Notes under the pieces: generated by a model
Databases searched by the model: none
Seen by the model: the letters and a program-made list of their open reading frames with translations, nothing else
What the model was told of the DNA's origin: nothing
Shown: positions 36,979-46,289 of the stretch, one piece after another
Layout of the letters: each line of letters starts with the position of its first letter
Numbering within the stretch: the first letter of the stretch is position 1
Position numbers and translations under genes: made by a program
From: Deltaproteobacteria bacterium
GTDB lineage: Bacteria; Myxococcota_A; UBA9042; DTJE01
DNA length: 64,000 nucleotides
Direction: 5' to 3'
Assembly: GCA_029547805.1 (NCBI GenBank)
Contig: JAKPOP010000015.1
Coordinates: forward strand, 21,556-85,555

Positions 36979-38355
36979 ATGCCGAACCCCCTGGTGGCCT
37001 TCTTCCGGACCGGACCGGATCGAGTGCCCCCGATCGCCGATCGGGCCGTCGTGGACCAGACCTTCCGGCGGTACCGGACCCGAGTCTTCTGGGCGGTGAC
37101 GCTGGGCTACGCCTGGTTCTACGTGGCCCGGGTGAACTTCTCGGTCGTGAAGAAGCCCCTGTTGGACGAGGGCATCCTGACCGGCACCGAGATGGGCCTG
37201 ATCGGGTCGGCCATGCTGGGCGTCTATGCCTTCGGCAAGCTTTTCAACGGCTTTCTGGCAGACCACGCGAACATCCGTCGCTTCATGTCGGCCGCCCTGG
37301 CCGCCTCGGCGATCATCAACCTGGTCCTGGGCTTCACGACCTGGTTCTGGGCCTTCCTCGTCCTCTGGGCCCTGAACGGGTGGTTCCAGTCGGTGGGGTC
37401 GGCCCCCAGCGTCGTCTCCCTCTCCCAGTGGTTCTCCCCGGGGGAACTGGGGACCCGCTACGGCCTCTGGTCCGTGAGCCACAGCCTCGGGGAGGGCCTG
37501 TCGTTCCTGCTCACGGCGGCCCTGGTCTCGGCGCTGGGCTGGCGGTGGGGATTCTGGTGGCCCGGCCTGGCCTGCCTGGCCGTGGCCTGGGTGCTGTCCC
37601 GCACGCTCGCGGACCGTCCCGGGACCCTGGGCCTGCCGCCGGTGGCCGAGTGGCGCAACGACCATCCGTCCCCCAGGCCCGATCCCGGTCCCGAAGACCC
37701 GGGGCACCGTTCCGCCCAGTCCATCTGGGCCTCCCAGCGGGAGGTTCTGGGACACCCGGCCATCTGGGTGCTGGGCCTGGCGGGGGCCACCATGTCGGCC
37801 ACCCGGTACGGGGTGATGAACTGGGGCATGCTCTTCCTGCAGGAGTCCAGGGGCTACTCGATGAACGAGGCCGGTTCCATCCTGTCGGTCTATCCCGTCG
37901 CCGCCCTGGCCGGCGCCGGCCTGTCGGGGGTCCTCTCGGACCGCCTGTTCCACTCCCGGCGCAACGTGCCCGCATTGCTGATGGGCCTCGTCGTCACGGC
38001 CTCCCTGGTCGCCCTGGCGGTCCTTCCGGCCCGCAATCCCTGGCTGGACTCGGCCATCATGGTCTGCTTCGGGTTCCACATGGGGGGACTGCTGACCTAC
38101 CTCGGGGGCCTGATGGCCGTGGACCTGTCCCCGAAGCGGGCCGCCGGCGCGGCCATGGGGGTGATCGGGATCTTCTGCTACCTCGGCGCGGCGGTGCAGG
38201 ACACCGTCTCGGGCTGGCTGGTGGACCGGGGACGGACGGTGGTCGACGACGTGCCTGTTTACGACTTCGGGCCGCTGCTGGCCTTCTGGATTGGTTGCTC
38301 GGTGGTCTCCATCCTGATGACCCTGCTGGTCTGGAACGCCCGGCCCCGGGAGTGA
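36979..38355 (+). CDS. MFS transporter, organophosphate:Pi antiporter (GlpT/UhpC-like) family
   Basis: TRVFWAVTLGYAWFYVARVNFSVVKKPL...GSAMLGVYAFGKLFNGFLADH. It has 12-TM-like hydropathy and resembles the GlpT/UhpC N-terminal signatures. Confidence 0.8.
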   Translation: MPNPLVAFFRTGPDRVPPIADRAVVDQTFRRYRTRVFWAVTLGYAWFYVARVNFSVVKKPLLDEGILTGTEMGLIGSAMLGVYAFGKLFNGFLADHANIRRFMSAALAASAIINLVLGFTTWFWAFLVLWALNGWFQSVGSAPSVVSLSQWFSPGELGTRYGLWSVSHSLGEGLSFLLTAALVSALGWRWGFWWPGLACLAVAWVLSRTLADRPGTLGLPPVAEWRNDHPSPRPDPGPEDPGHRSAQSIWASQREVLGHPAIWVLGLAGATMSATRYGVMNWGMLFLQESRGYSMNEAGSILSVYPVAALAGAGLSGVLSDRLFHSRRNVPALLMGLVVTASLVALAVLPARNPWLDSAIMVCFGFHMGGLLTYLGGLMAVDLSPKRAAGAAMGVIGIFCYLGAAVQDTVSGWLVDRGRTVVDDVPVYDFGPLLAFWIGCSVVSILMTLLVWNARPRE

Positions 38356-38539
38356 CCCCGCCAGATCAGACGGCCCCAATGAGGCCGCCGGGTCCCCGCA
38401 ACCGTCCCGTTGGCCCTGCGACAGGCCCGCACGGCTCCCAGGGTCCCGCCAGCCACTCCCGGATGTCTTCCACCCAGCGCCATCGAGGGACCGCGACCCG
38501 AGGTCGGCAGCCTCCTTGACAGGACCGCGGACCCGGGGT

Positions 38540-38555
38540 ACGTAATCGTTTGCGT
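38540..38555. promoter_or_regulatory. Imperfect LacI-type palindrome ACGTAATCGTTTGCGT
   Basis: 12 of 16 positions are self-complementary, and the GTTTGCG half matches the 36756 site. It lies ~50 nt upstream of the LacI-family gene start. Confidence 0.4.
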
Positions 38556-38607
38556 GGACGTCGCCTCCTGCGGCCCGTCCCGCCCCCGGTCCTCCGAGGA
38601 CGTTGCG

Positions 38608-39645
38608 ATGACCGCGCGCCTGATCGAGATCGCCCGGATCGCCAGGGTGTCCGTCGCCACGGTCTCCCGGGCCCTCAACGGCCGCCCCGGCGTCGGTGAG
38701 CACACCCGGCGTCGCATCCAGGCCCTGGCGACCCAGATGAGATACCACCCCCACGCGAATGCCCGGGCGCTGGTGACCGGCCAGATCCCCTTCCTGGGCC
38801 TCGTCGTGCCCGACATCACGAACCCCTTCTTCCCCTCCCTGGCCCGGGGGGCCGAGGAGGAGGCCTTTCGCCGGGGCTACAGCCTGCTGCTGCTGAACAC
38901 GAACTGGGCCCCGGAGCGGCTGCGGCAGGCCTTCGACCTCCTGACCTCCCGGCGTGTCGGCGGCCTGCTGCTGGCCCATTCCATCCGCCTGTCGGACCTC
39001 CCTGGCCAGGACCCGGAGGTCCTGCGCCAGACGATGGTGATGGCCGGGGTCGAGGCCCCGTCGGGAACGGGAATCCGGGCCGTGACGGTGGACGACCGGG
39101 CGGGCGGCGCGATGGTGGCCCGCCACCTGCTGGAACAGGGCTACCGGCGCCTGGGGTTCATCGGCGGTCCGCGACAGGACCCCTCGTGCCGACTGCGCCA
39201 CGAGGGATTCCGGGAGGTCCTTTCCAGGGCGGGTCGGTCCCGGATGGGCCAGGTCTCCTTCGGAGAGTGGTCGGTCGAGAGCGGCTACCGCCAGGTGAAG
39301 GCCCTCCTGGCTCGTCGGGAGTGGCCCGATGCCCTCTTCGCCGCCAACGACCTGCTGGCCCTCGGCGCCGCCGAGGCGATGCGGGAGATGGGTCTCTCCC
39401 CAGGTCCGGCCATGGGACTGGTGGGGTACGACGACATCGAGAGCGTCCGGTGGACCGCAGTGCCCATCTCCTCGGTGGCCCAGCCGGAGTCGGACGTGGG
39501 CCGGGAAGCGGTCCGACGGCTGATCGCGATGATCGCCGGGGAGACGCCGGAACCGGACGTCCGCCTGTTGCCGCGCCTCTCGGTGCGGGCCAGCAGTCGC
39601 CGGTTTCCCGACCCCTGCCCTGCCCCACAGGAGGATCCGCAATGA
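38608..39645 (+). CDS. LacI-family transcriptional regulator
   Basis: MTARLIEIARIARVSVATVSRALNGRPGVGEHTRRRIQALATQMRYHPHANARAL is a LacI HTH. A periplasmic-binding-fold body follows. Confidence 0.9.
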   Translation: MTARLIEIARIARVSVATVSRALNGRPGVGEHTRRRIQALATQMRYHPHANARALVTGQIPFLGLVVPDITNPFFPSLARGAEEEAFRRGYSLLLLNTNWAPERLRQAFDLLTSRRVGGLLLAHSIRLSDLPGQDPEVLRQTMVMAGVEAPSGTGIRAVTVDDRAGGAMVARHLLEQGYRRLGFIGGPRQDPSCRLRHEGFREVLSRAGRSRMGQVSFGEWSVESGYRQVKALLARREWPDALFAANDLLALGAAEAMREMGLSPGPAMGLVGYDDIESVRWTAVPISSVAQPESDVGREAVRRLIAMIAGETPEPDVRLLPRLSVRASSRRFPDPCPAPQEDPQ

Positions 39646-41123
39646 CCCCCACCGTGCTGTCGAACTACTGGAATGGCGCCTTCACCCCGTCGGCGGCCGA
39701 CCGGACCCTGGACGTCGAGAACCCCTCCACCGGGGAGGTCATCAGCCGGGTCCCCCTGTCGCCTCCCGAAGAGGTGGACCGGGCCGTGAGGGCCGCCGCG
39801 GCCGCCTTCCCGGCATGGCGGGCCACCCCGGTCGCCCGACGCGTGCAGCCGCTCTTCCGGCTGGCGGAACGCCTCCGGCAGGAGGAAGAGGCCCTCTGCC
39901 GCATCCTGGTGGCCGAGATGGGCAAGTCGCTGCCCGACGCCCGGGCCGAGATGAAGCGGGCCATTGAGAACGTCGAGGCGGCGACCGCGATGCCCCTGAT
40001 CCAGGTCGGGGAGGTGCTGACCGGAGCCTCCTTCGAGATGGATGGCGAGGTGCTGCCGATGCCCCTGGGGGTCTTCGGCATGATCGCCCCGTACAACTTC
40101 CCCGCGATGGTGCCGTTCTGGTTCCTGCCCTACGCCGTCGCCACCGGGAACACCTTCGTGTTGAAGCCCAGCGAGCGGGTCCCCAACACGATGCAGCGCA
40201 TCTTCGAGATTCTCGACGAGGTGGGACTGCCGCCGGGGGTCGTCTCGATGGTCCATGGGGACCGGACCACCGCCGAGGCCCTGATCGACCACCCGGACGT
40301 CCGGGGGATCTCCTTCGTGGGGTCCACCGCGGTCGCCCGGCAGGTGGCGATTCGCTGCGCCACGCTGGGCAAGCGATGCCAGGCCTTCGGGTCGGCCAAG
40401 AACCACCTGGTCGTGATGCCCGACGCGCCGATGGACGAGGCGATTCGCAACATGGTCACCTCCTGCTATGGCTGCGCCGGGCAGCGGTGCATGGCGGCCT
40501 CGGTGATCGTGGCGGTGGGCTCCCGGACCTGCCGGGAGGTGCTGGACCGCTTCCTGGACGCCTCCCGGAAGGTCTCTGTGGGCAACCCCCTCGACCCCCG
40601 GTTCGCCGACGAGGCCATGCTGATGGGACCGGTCATCTCGGCCCGACACCGGCAGTCGATCCTGGACCGGATCGCCGAGGGAGTCCGGGAGGGAGCCACG
40701 CTGGCCCTGGACGGTCGGGGGCTGGTGGTCCCGGACTGCCCCGGCGGTCACTTCCTGGGCCCCACGGTGCTGGCCGACGTGCGGCCTGGAATGGCCTGCC
40801 ACCGGCAGGAGATCTTCGGCCCGGTCGTGGCGGTCATGGAGGTGGCATCGTTTGACGAGGCCATCCGGGTCATCAACGACCACCCCTACGGGAACGGGGC
40901 GTCCCTCTATACCCGGAGCGGCTACTGGGAACGGCGCTTCAAGATGGAGGCCCAGGCCGGGATGCTGGGGATCAACGTCGGGATCCCGGCCCCGGTGGCC
41001 TTCCTGCCCTTTGGCGGCACCCGGGCGTCGATGCTCTCGGACATCAAGGCCCAGGGCCGGGAGGTGGTGCGCTTCTTCACCGAGTCGCGGATCGTGACCA
41101 GGCGCTTCTGGCCGGAGGACTGA
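39642..41123 (+). CDS. iolA: CoA-acylating methylmalonate/malonate-semialdehyde dehydrogenase
   Basis: FVLKPSERVP, FVGSTAVAR, and the catalytic GQRCMA with the preceding KNH are typical of MmsA/IolA. There is an ATGA overlap with the LacI stop. Confidence 0.88.
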   Translation: MTPTVLSNYWNGAFTPSAADRTLDVENPSTGEVISRVPLSPPEEVDRAVRAAAAAFPAWRATPVARRVQPLFRLAERLRQEEEALCRILVAEMGKSLPDARAEMKRAIENVEAATAMPLIQVGEVLTGASFEMDGEVLPMPLGVFGMIAPYNFPAMVPFWFLPYAVATGNTFVLKPSERVPNTMQRIFEILDEVGLPPGVVSMVHGDRTTAEALIDHPDVRGISFVGSTAVARQVAIRCATLGKRCQAFGSAKNHLVVMPDAPMDEAIRNMVTSCYGCAGQRCMAASVIVAVGSRTCREVLDRFLDASRKVSVGNPLDPRFADEAMLMGPVISARHRQSILDRIAEGVREGATLALDGRGLVVPDCPGGHFLGPTVLADVRPGMACHRQEIFGPVVAVMEVASFDEAIRVINDHPYGNGASLYTRSGYWERRFKMEAQAGMLGINVGIPAPVAFLPFGGTRASMLSDIKAQGREVVRFFTESRIVTRRFWPED

Positions 41124-41125
41124 CC

Positions 41126-42235
41126 ATGCCCCGAGGACCCGAGGACAGCCCCCTGTCGCGGTCGGTCCGGCAGACCCCGACCGTCTTCTGGAACGACTCC
41201 TGTGCCGAGGACGAACTGCGGGATGCCATCGCCCACGGCGCCGTCGGCGGCACGACGAACCCGACCATCGTGCTGGAGGTGCTCCGGAAGGAGTACCGGA
41301 AGTGGCAGCCCCGCATCCTGGCCCTGGCGAAGGAGATGCCCACGGCGTCGGAGGTGGAGATCACCTGGCGCCTGGTGGAGGAGATGGCCCTGGCAGGGGC
41401 GGCGCTGCTGCGGCCGGTCTTCGATGACCTCGGAGGACGCGGAGGACGGATCTCGATCCAGACCAACCCCCAGTTCTACCGGGACGCCCGGGCCCTGGTG
41501 GACCAGGCGGTGCACTTCGCGGGGCTGGCCCCGAACCTCCAGGTGAAGATCCCCGCCACCCGGGCCGGCATCATGGCGATCGAGGAGGCCACCTTCCGGG
41601 GCGTGAACATCAATGCCACGGTCAGTTTCACGGTCCCCCAGGCCCTGGCGGTGGCCGAGGCCGTGGAGCGGGGGCTGGATCGGCGACGGGCGGCAGGTCT
41701 GGACACCGAGTCGATGACCCCGGTCTGCACGATCATGGTGGGACGCCTGGACGACTGGCTGAAGGTCGTCGCGAAACGGGACGGCATCGTCTGCACCCCC
41801 GGGGACCTGGACTGGGCCGGCATCGCCGTGATCAAGAGGGCGTACGGGATCTACCGGGAACGGGGCTACCGGACGCGGCTCCTGGCGGCGGCCTACCGCC
41901 ATCACCTCCACTGGTCCGAGCTGATCGGCGGCGACCTGATCCTGACGATCCCCCATGCGTGGCAGCGACTGTTCCACGACTCGGACATCGAGGTGCGGCC
42001 CCGGTTCGACGACCCGGTGGACCCGGGGATCCTGCAGGGACTGCTGCGGCGATTCCCGGACTTCCGGATGGCCTGTGAACCGGATGGCCTGTCGGTGGAA
42101 CAGTTCGACCGTTACGGGGCCACGGTGCGAACGCTGCGGACCTTCCTGGGGTCCTACGGGGACCTGCTGGCCACGGTGCGGGACGTGCTGCTGCCCGATC
42201 CCGACGTCCGACAGGCCGACGGAGTCGCGCGATGA
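41126..42235 (+). CDS. Transaldolase-family protein (class I aldolase fold)
   Basis: VFWNDSC...GAVGGTTNPTIV...ISIQTNP...NLQVKIPATRAGI...NINATVSFT includes the Schiff-base Lys context of transaldolases. Confidence 0.82.
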   Translation: MPRGPEDSPLSRSVRQTPTVFWNDSCAEDELRDAIAHGAVGGTTNPTIVLEVLRKEYRKWQPRILALAKEMPTASEVEITWRLVEEMALAGAALLRPVFDDLGGRGGRISIQTNPQFYRDARALVDQAVHFAGLAPNLQVKIPATRAGIMAIEEATFRGVNINATVSFTVPQALAVAEAVERGLDRRRAAGLDTESMTPVCTIMVGRLDDWLKVVAKRDGIVCTPGDLDWAGIAVIKRAYGIYRERGYRTRLLAAAYRHHLHWSELIGGDLILTIPHAWQRLFHDSDIEVRPRFDDPVDPGILQGLLRRFPDFRMACEPDGLSVEQFDRYGATVRTLRTFLGSYGDLLATVRDVLLPDPDVRQADGVAR

Positions 42236-43050
42236 CGGACCACCCCTGGCACCTGCGGCATCCCGCTCCATTTTCCCAGGGCACGACGGCCATCACCGGG
42301 ATCGAAAGCGCACCGGGCACGGGCATGGCCTTCGAGGTCGTCGCACTGGCCCCGGGGGAGGTCCGGCAGGAGGTCTTCCAGGAGGAGTCGGCCTGGCTGC
42401 TCATGGAGGGACACGCCGGGCTGACCTGGCCCGGGGGATCGGCCGAGGTCTCGCGCGACTCCCTCTTCGAGGAACTGCCCACGGTGCTGCACCTGCCTCC
42501 GGAGGCCCCCCTGCGCATCGAGGCCCGGTCCCCCGTGGAGTTCGCCCGCATTCGCGTCCCCAATGAACGGACCTTTGATCCGCGGCTGTTCGATCCCGCC
42601 TCGGCGCCGCCGGAGGAGCACCGAGACCTGGGCCGCTGGGACGACATGGCCCACCGCATCGTCCGGACGGTCATCGACCTCGCCAGTCGGCCGGAATCCA
42701 ATCTGGTGCTGGGGGAGGTCATCACGCTGCCGGGACGCTGGTCCAGTTATCCGCCCCACCACCATCCCCATCCCGAGATCTACCACTACCGCTTCACCCG
42801 TCCCCAGGGATACGGCCACGGGGAACTGGGCGACGAGGTCCGGAAGGTCCGCCATCGGGACACGCTGCTGATCCTGGACGGGGTGGACCATGGCCAGGTC
42901 GCCGCCCCGGGATACGGCATGTACTACCTCTGGGTCATCCGGCACCTGCCGGGCCATCCCTACCGGGCGCCGGAGTTCACGAAGGACCACCAGTGGCTGC
43001 AACAGCCGGGGGTCGAGATGCCCCGTTGCGGCAGCAGGAGGAATCCATGA
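42232..43050 (+). CDS. iolB: 5-deoxy-glucuronate isomerase
   Basis: GRWSSYPPHHHPHPEIYHYRF...YGMYYLWVI is an IolB cupin signature. There is an ATGA overlap with the upstream stop. Confidence 0.88.
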   Translation: MTDHPWHLRHPAPFSQGTTAITGIESAPGTGMAFEVVALAPGEVRQEVFQEESAWLLMEGHAGLTWPGGSAEVSRDSLFEELPTVLHLPPEAPLRIEARSPVEFARIRVPNERTFDPRLFDPASAPPEEHRDLGRWDDMAHRIVRTVIDLASRPESNLVLGEVITLPGRWSSYPPHHHPHPEIYHYRFTRPQGYGHGELGDEVRKVRHRDTLLILDGVDHGQVAAPGYGMYYLWVIRHLPGHPYRAPEFTKDHQWLQQPGVEMPRCGSRRNP

Positions 43051-44924
43051 CGGTGCGCCTGACGGTCGCCCAGGCCCTGATCCGCTATCTGTGGAACCAG
43101 CACGTCCGCCGGGACGGCTCGGAGCGACGGTTCTTCGGCGGGGTCTTCGGCATCTTCGGTCATGGCAACGTCGCCGGCATCGGCCAGGCCCTCCAGGAGC
43201 ACCCGGAGGTGCCCTTCGTGCCGTTCCGCAACGAGCAGGCCCAGGTCCACGCCGCCGTGGCCTATGCCCGGACCTGCCGCCGAATGGGGGCGATGGCCTG
43301 CACCTCGTCCATCGGCCCGGGGGCCACCAACATGGTCACCGGCGCGGCGATGGCGACGGTCAACCGGCTGCCGGTGCTGCTGCTCCCCGGGGACCTCTTC
43401 GCCCGGCGCAACGTGGCCCCGGTGCTGCAACAACTGGAGTCGGAGGCGACCCAGGACGTGTCGGTGAACGACTGCTTCCGGCCGGTCTCTCGGTACTTCG
43501 ACCGGATCCAGCGCCCGGAGCAGTTGATCACGTCGCTGCCCGAGGCGATGCGGGTGCTGACGTCCCCGGCCCAGACCGGGGCCGTGACGCTGGCCCTCCC
43601 CCAGGACGTCCAGGCCGAGGCCTTCGACTGGCCCGAGGAGATGTTCCGACGGCGGGTCTGGGTCGTGCCCCGCACGCCGCCGGACCCGGCCCTGCTGGAC
43701 CTGGCGGCGGCGTGGGTCCGGACCTCCCGGCGGCCCCTGGTCGTGGCCGGGGGCGGCGTCCACCACAGCGAGGCCCACGAGGCCCTGGCGCAGTTCTGCG
43801 AGGCCACCGGGATCCCCGTCGGGGAGACCCAGGCCGGCAAGGGAGCCCTGCCCTGGGACCACCCCTGCGCGCTGGGCGGCATCGGGGTCACTGGGGGCCT
43901 GGCGGCGAATCGACTGGCCCGGGAGGCCGACCTGGTGATCGGCATCGGGACCCGCTACTCGGACTTCACCACGGCGTCGAAGACCCTCTTCCAGCACCCC
44001 TCGGTGCGGTTCGTGAACCTGAACGTCGCGGAGTTCGACGCCTTCAAGCACGCGGCCCTGCCGGTCGTCGGGGATGCCCGGACGGCCCTTCAGGGACTGA
44101 CGGCACGCCTTCCGGACTGGCAGGTGGACCCGGCCTTCCGGCAGGAGGTCGAGTCCCTGAAGCGCCAATGGGAGGCCGAGGTCGAACGCCTGCAGGCGCC
44201 CTCCGGTCGGCGCCCCATGACCCAGGCGGAGGTCATCGGCATCCTGAACCGGACGATCCGCCCCGACGGCGTGGTGATCAACGCCGCCGGCAGCGCTCCC
44301 GGAGACCTGCACAAGATCTGGCGCGCCTCCCATCCGGGCCAGTATCACGTCGAGTACGGCTACTCGACGATGGGCTACGAGATCCCGGCAGGTCTCGGGG
44401 TCCGGATGGCGGCGCCGGACCGGGAGGTCATCGTGCTGGTGGGCGACGGCACCTTCCTGATGATGCCCACCGAACTGGTCACGGCGGTCCAGGAGGGGAT
44501 CCGGATGACGGTGGTGCTGGTGGACAACCACGGTTTCGCCAGCATCGGCGGCCTGTCGGAGTCCCTGGGGAGCGGGGGCTTCGGGACCGAGTTCCGCCGC
44601 CGTGCCCCGAACGGGACCCTGTCGGGGGACCGGTTGCCCATCGACTACGTGGCCATTGCCCGGGGACTGGGCGTCCACGGGGTCCGGGCCGAGGATGGAG
44701 AGGCCCTGGCCCGGGAGATCGAGGCGGCCCGGGAACGGCCGGGCACCACGGTGATCGTGGTCGAATGCGACCGGGAGGCCCGCGTCCCAGGATACGAGGC
44801 CTGGTGGGACGTCCAGGTCGCCGAGGTCTCGACGATGGAACCGGTCGTCCAGGCAAGAAGGACGTGGGTCGAGAACGCCCGCCAGGAACGGCACTTCCAC
44901 GGCCCCGAGGGGGAGTCGGCATGA
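43047..44924 (+). CDS. iolD: 3D-(3,5/4)-trihydroxycyclohexane-1,2-dione acylhydrolase (ThDP-dependent)
   Basis: MTVRLTVAQALIRYLWNQ...GIFGHGNVAGIGQAL...NEQAQVHAAVAYAR... and the ThDP motif GDGTFLMMPTELVTAV...N. There is an ATGA overlap with the iolB stop. Confidence 0.9.
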   Translation: MTVRLTVAQALIRYLWNQHVRRDGSERRFFGGVFGIFGHGNVAGIGQALQEHPEVPFVPFRNEQAQVHAAVAYARTCRRMGAMACTSSIGPGATNMVTGAAMATVNRLPVLLLPGDLFARRNVAPVLQQLESEATQDVSVNDCFRPVSRYFDRIQRPEQLITSLPEAMRVLTSPAQTGAVTLALPQDVQAEAFDWPEEMFRRRVWVVPRTPPDPALLDLAAAWVRTSRRPLVVAGGGVHHSEAHEALAQFCEATGIPVGETQAGKGALPWDHPCALGGIGVTGGLAANRLAREADLVIGIGTRYSDFTTASKTLFQHPSVRFVNLNVAEFDAFKHAALPVVGDARTALQGLTARLPDWQVDPAFRQEVESLKRQWEAEVERLQAPSGRRPMTQAEVIGILNRTIRPDGVVINAAGSAPGDLHKIWRASHPGQYHVEYGYSTMGYEIPAGLGVRMAAPDREVIVLVGDGTFLMMPTELVTAVQEGIRMTVVLVDNHGFASIGGLSESLGSGGFGTEFRRRAPNGTLSGDRLPIDYVAIARGLGVHGVRAEDGEALAREIEAARERPGTTVIVVECDREARVPGYEAWWDVQVAEVSTMEPVVQARRTWVENARQERHFHGPEGESA

Positions 44925-45802
44925 CGATCACTTTCCTGGGAGACCTCTGCCGGGATGTCAACATCATCCACGGGGAGGCCCACGCGATGATCGGCGGCGG
45001 GGTCCTGCACAACGGGATGACCGCCCGGGGCATCGGTGCCCACGCGGTGGTGGTCACCCGGTGTTCCCCGGAGGACGAACCGGAGATGACCCGCATGCTG
45101 CGGGAGGCCGGGGTGGAGGTGCATGCCGGAAACGGCCCCACGACCTCCATCGAGAACCTCTACCCCGATCACCACCCGGACCACCGGGTCTCCCGGTTGC
45201 TGTCCCGGTGCGCCCCCTTCACCGAGTCCGACCTCGCCCACGTCCGGGGGGAGGTGGCCCATGTCAATCCCCTCTGGGCCGGGGCCTTCCCGGAGGCGCT
45301 GCTCCCGGTCCTGCGGGCCAGGGTCCGGGTGCTGGGGGCCGATGCCCAGGGGTTCCTGCGACAGGCCGACGAGTCGGGCCGACTGGTCCTGCGGCCATGG
45401 GCCGGCCAGGAGCGCTGGCTCCCGCTGTTCGACGTCTTCAAGGCCGACCTCACCGAGGCGGCGGTGATGACCGGGACCGAGGACCCCCGGGAGGCGGCCC
45501 GGTCCCTGACGGCGATGGGGGTCCGGGAGGTCCTGCTGACCCACCGGGATGGGGTCTGCGTTTCCGACGGCCAGTCCTTCCACGAGGCGGCCTTCGGGCC
45601 CTACCCCCTCTCGGGGCGCACCGGCCGCGGCGACACGTGTTCCGCGGCCTACCTGGTCGCCCGCCAGCGCCTGGCCCCCGGCCCTGCCACCCACTACGCG
45701 GCCCGGGTCACCGCCCTGAAACTCCAGCACCCCGGCCCCTTCGGGGGACAGGGAGCGCCCTACCCATCCCAACTCGCGGAGATCCTGAACGTTTCGCAAT
45801 AG
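44921..45802 (+). CDS. iolC: PfkB-family carbohydrate kinase (candidate 5-dehydro-2-deoxygluconokinase)
   Basis: The PfkB C-terminal signature is GRTGRGDTCSAAYL. There is an ATGA overlap with the iolD stop. It is the last gene of the iol operon. It is shorter and more divergent than a classical IolC. Confidence 0.72.
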   Translation: MTITFLGDLCRDVNIIHGEAHAMIGGGVLHNGMTARGIGAHAVVVTRCSPEDEPEMTRMLREAGVEVHAGNGPTTSIENLYPDHHPDHRVSRLLSRCAPFTESDLAHVRGEVAHVNPLWAGAFPEALLPVLRARVRVLGADAQGFLRQADESGRLVLRPWAGQERWLPLFDVFKADLTEAAVMTGTEDPREAARSLTAMGVREVLLTHRDGVCVSDGQSFHEAAFGPYPLSGRTGRGDTCSAAYLVARQRLAPGPATHYAARVTALKLQHPGPFGGQGAPYPSQLAEILNVSQ

Positions 45803-45872
45803 GTCCCGGAACAAGGTCCCTCGCCGCCTGCTTCCGCGATAGGATCGGACGGATTCCTTCGAGGAAAGACCG

Positions 45873-46289
45873 ATGGGTGCGGTGGTTCGCTTCAGTGCGT
45901 CGATCGAGGAGGACCTGTTCCGGCAGTTCGAGGAGGCAACCCGCCGCCGGGGCTATTCCAATCGATCCGAGGCCCTGCGGGACCTGATCCGGGACTCCCT
46001 GGTCCGGGAGGAGTGGGAAGGCGACCAGGAGATCGTCGGGACGGTCACGCTGGTCTATGACCACCACATCCGGGAACTCTCGGACCGCCTCACGGCCCTG
46101 CAGCACGACCATCACCGCGTGATCCTGTCGGCCATGCACGTCCACCTGGACCATGACAACTGCCTGGAGGTCATCGCGGTGAAGGGCCGGGCCTCGAAGG
46201 TCCAGAAGATCGCCGACGCCCTGATCGGTACCCGGGGAGTCAAGCACGGCCGCCTGACGGCCACCACCACCGGCAAGCGCCTCAGATAG
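45873..46289 (+). CDS. nikR: Nickel-responsive regulator NikR (ribbon-helix-helix plus ACT-like metal-binding domain)
   Basis: RFSASIEEDLFRQFEEATRRRGYSNRSEALRDLIR is the RHH domain. HHIRELSDRLTALQHDHHRVILSAMHVHLDHDNCLEV carries the His/Cys Ni-site residues. Confidence 0.9.
   Translation: MGAVVRFSASIEEDLFRQFEEATRRRGYSNRSEALRDLIRDSLVREEWEGDQEIVGTVTLVYDHHIRELSDRLTALQHDHHRVILSAMHVHLDHDNCLEVIAVKGRASKVQKIADALIGTRGVKHGRLTATTTGKRLR

Noticed and set aside
36862-39642. A 926-aa minus-strand ORF opposite the MFS and LacI genes.
   Set aside because: It is a shadow frame. The MFS transporter and the LacI HTH on the plus strand are clear.
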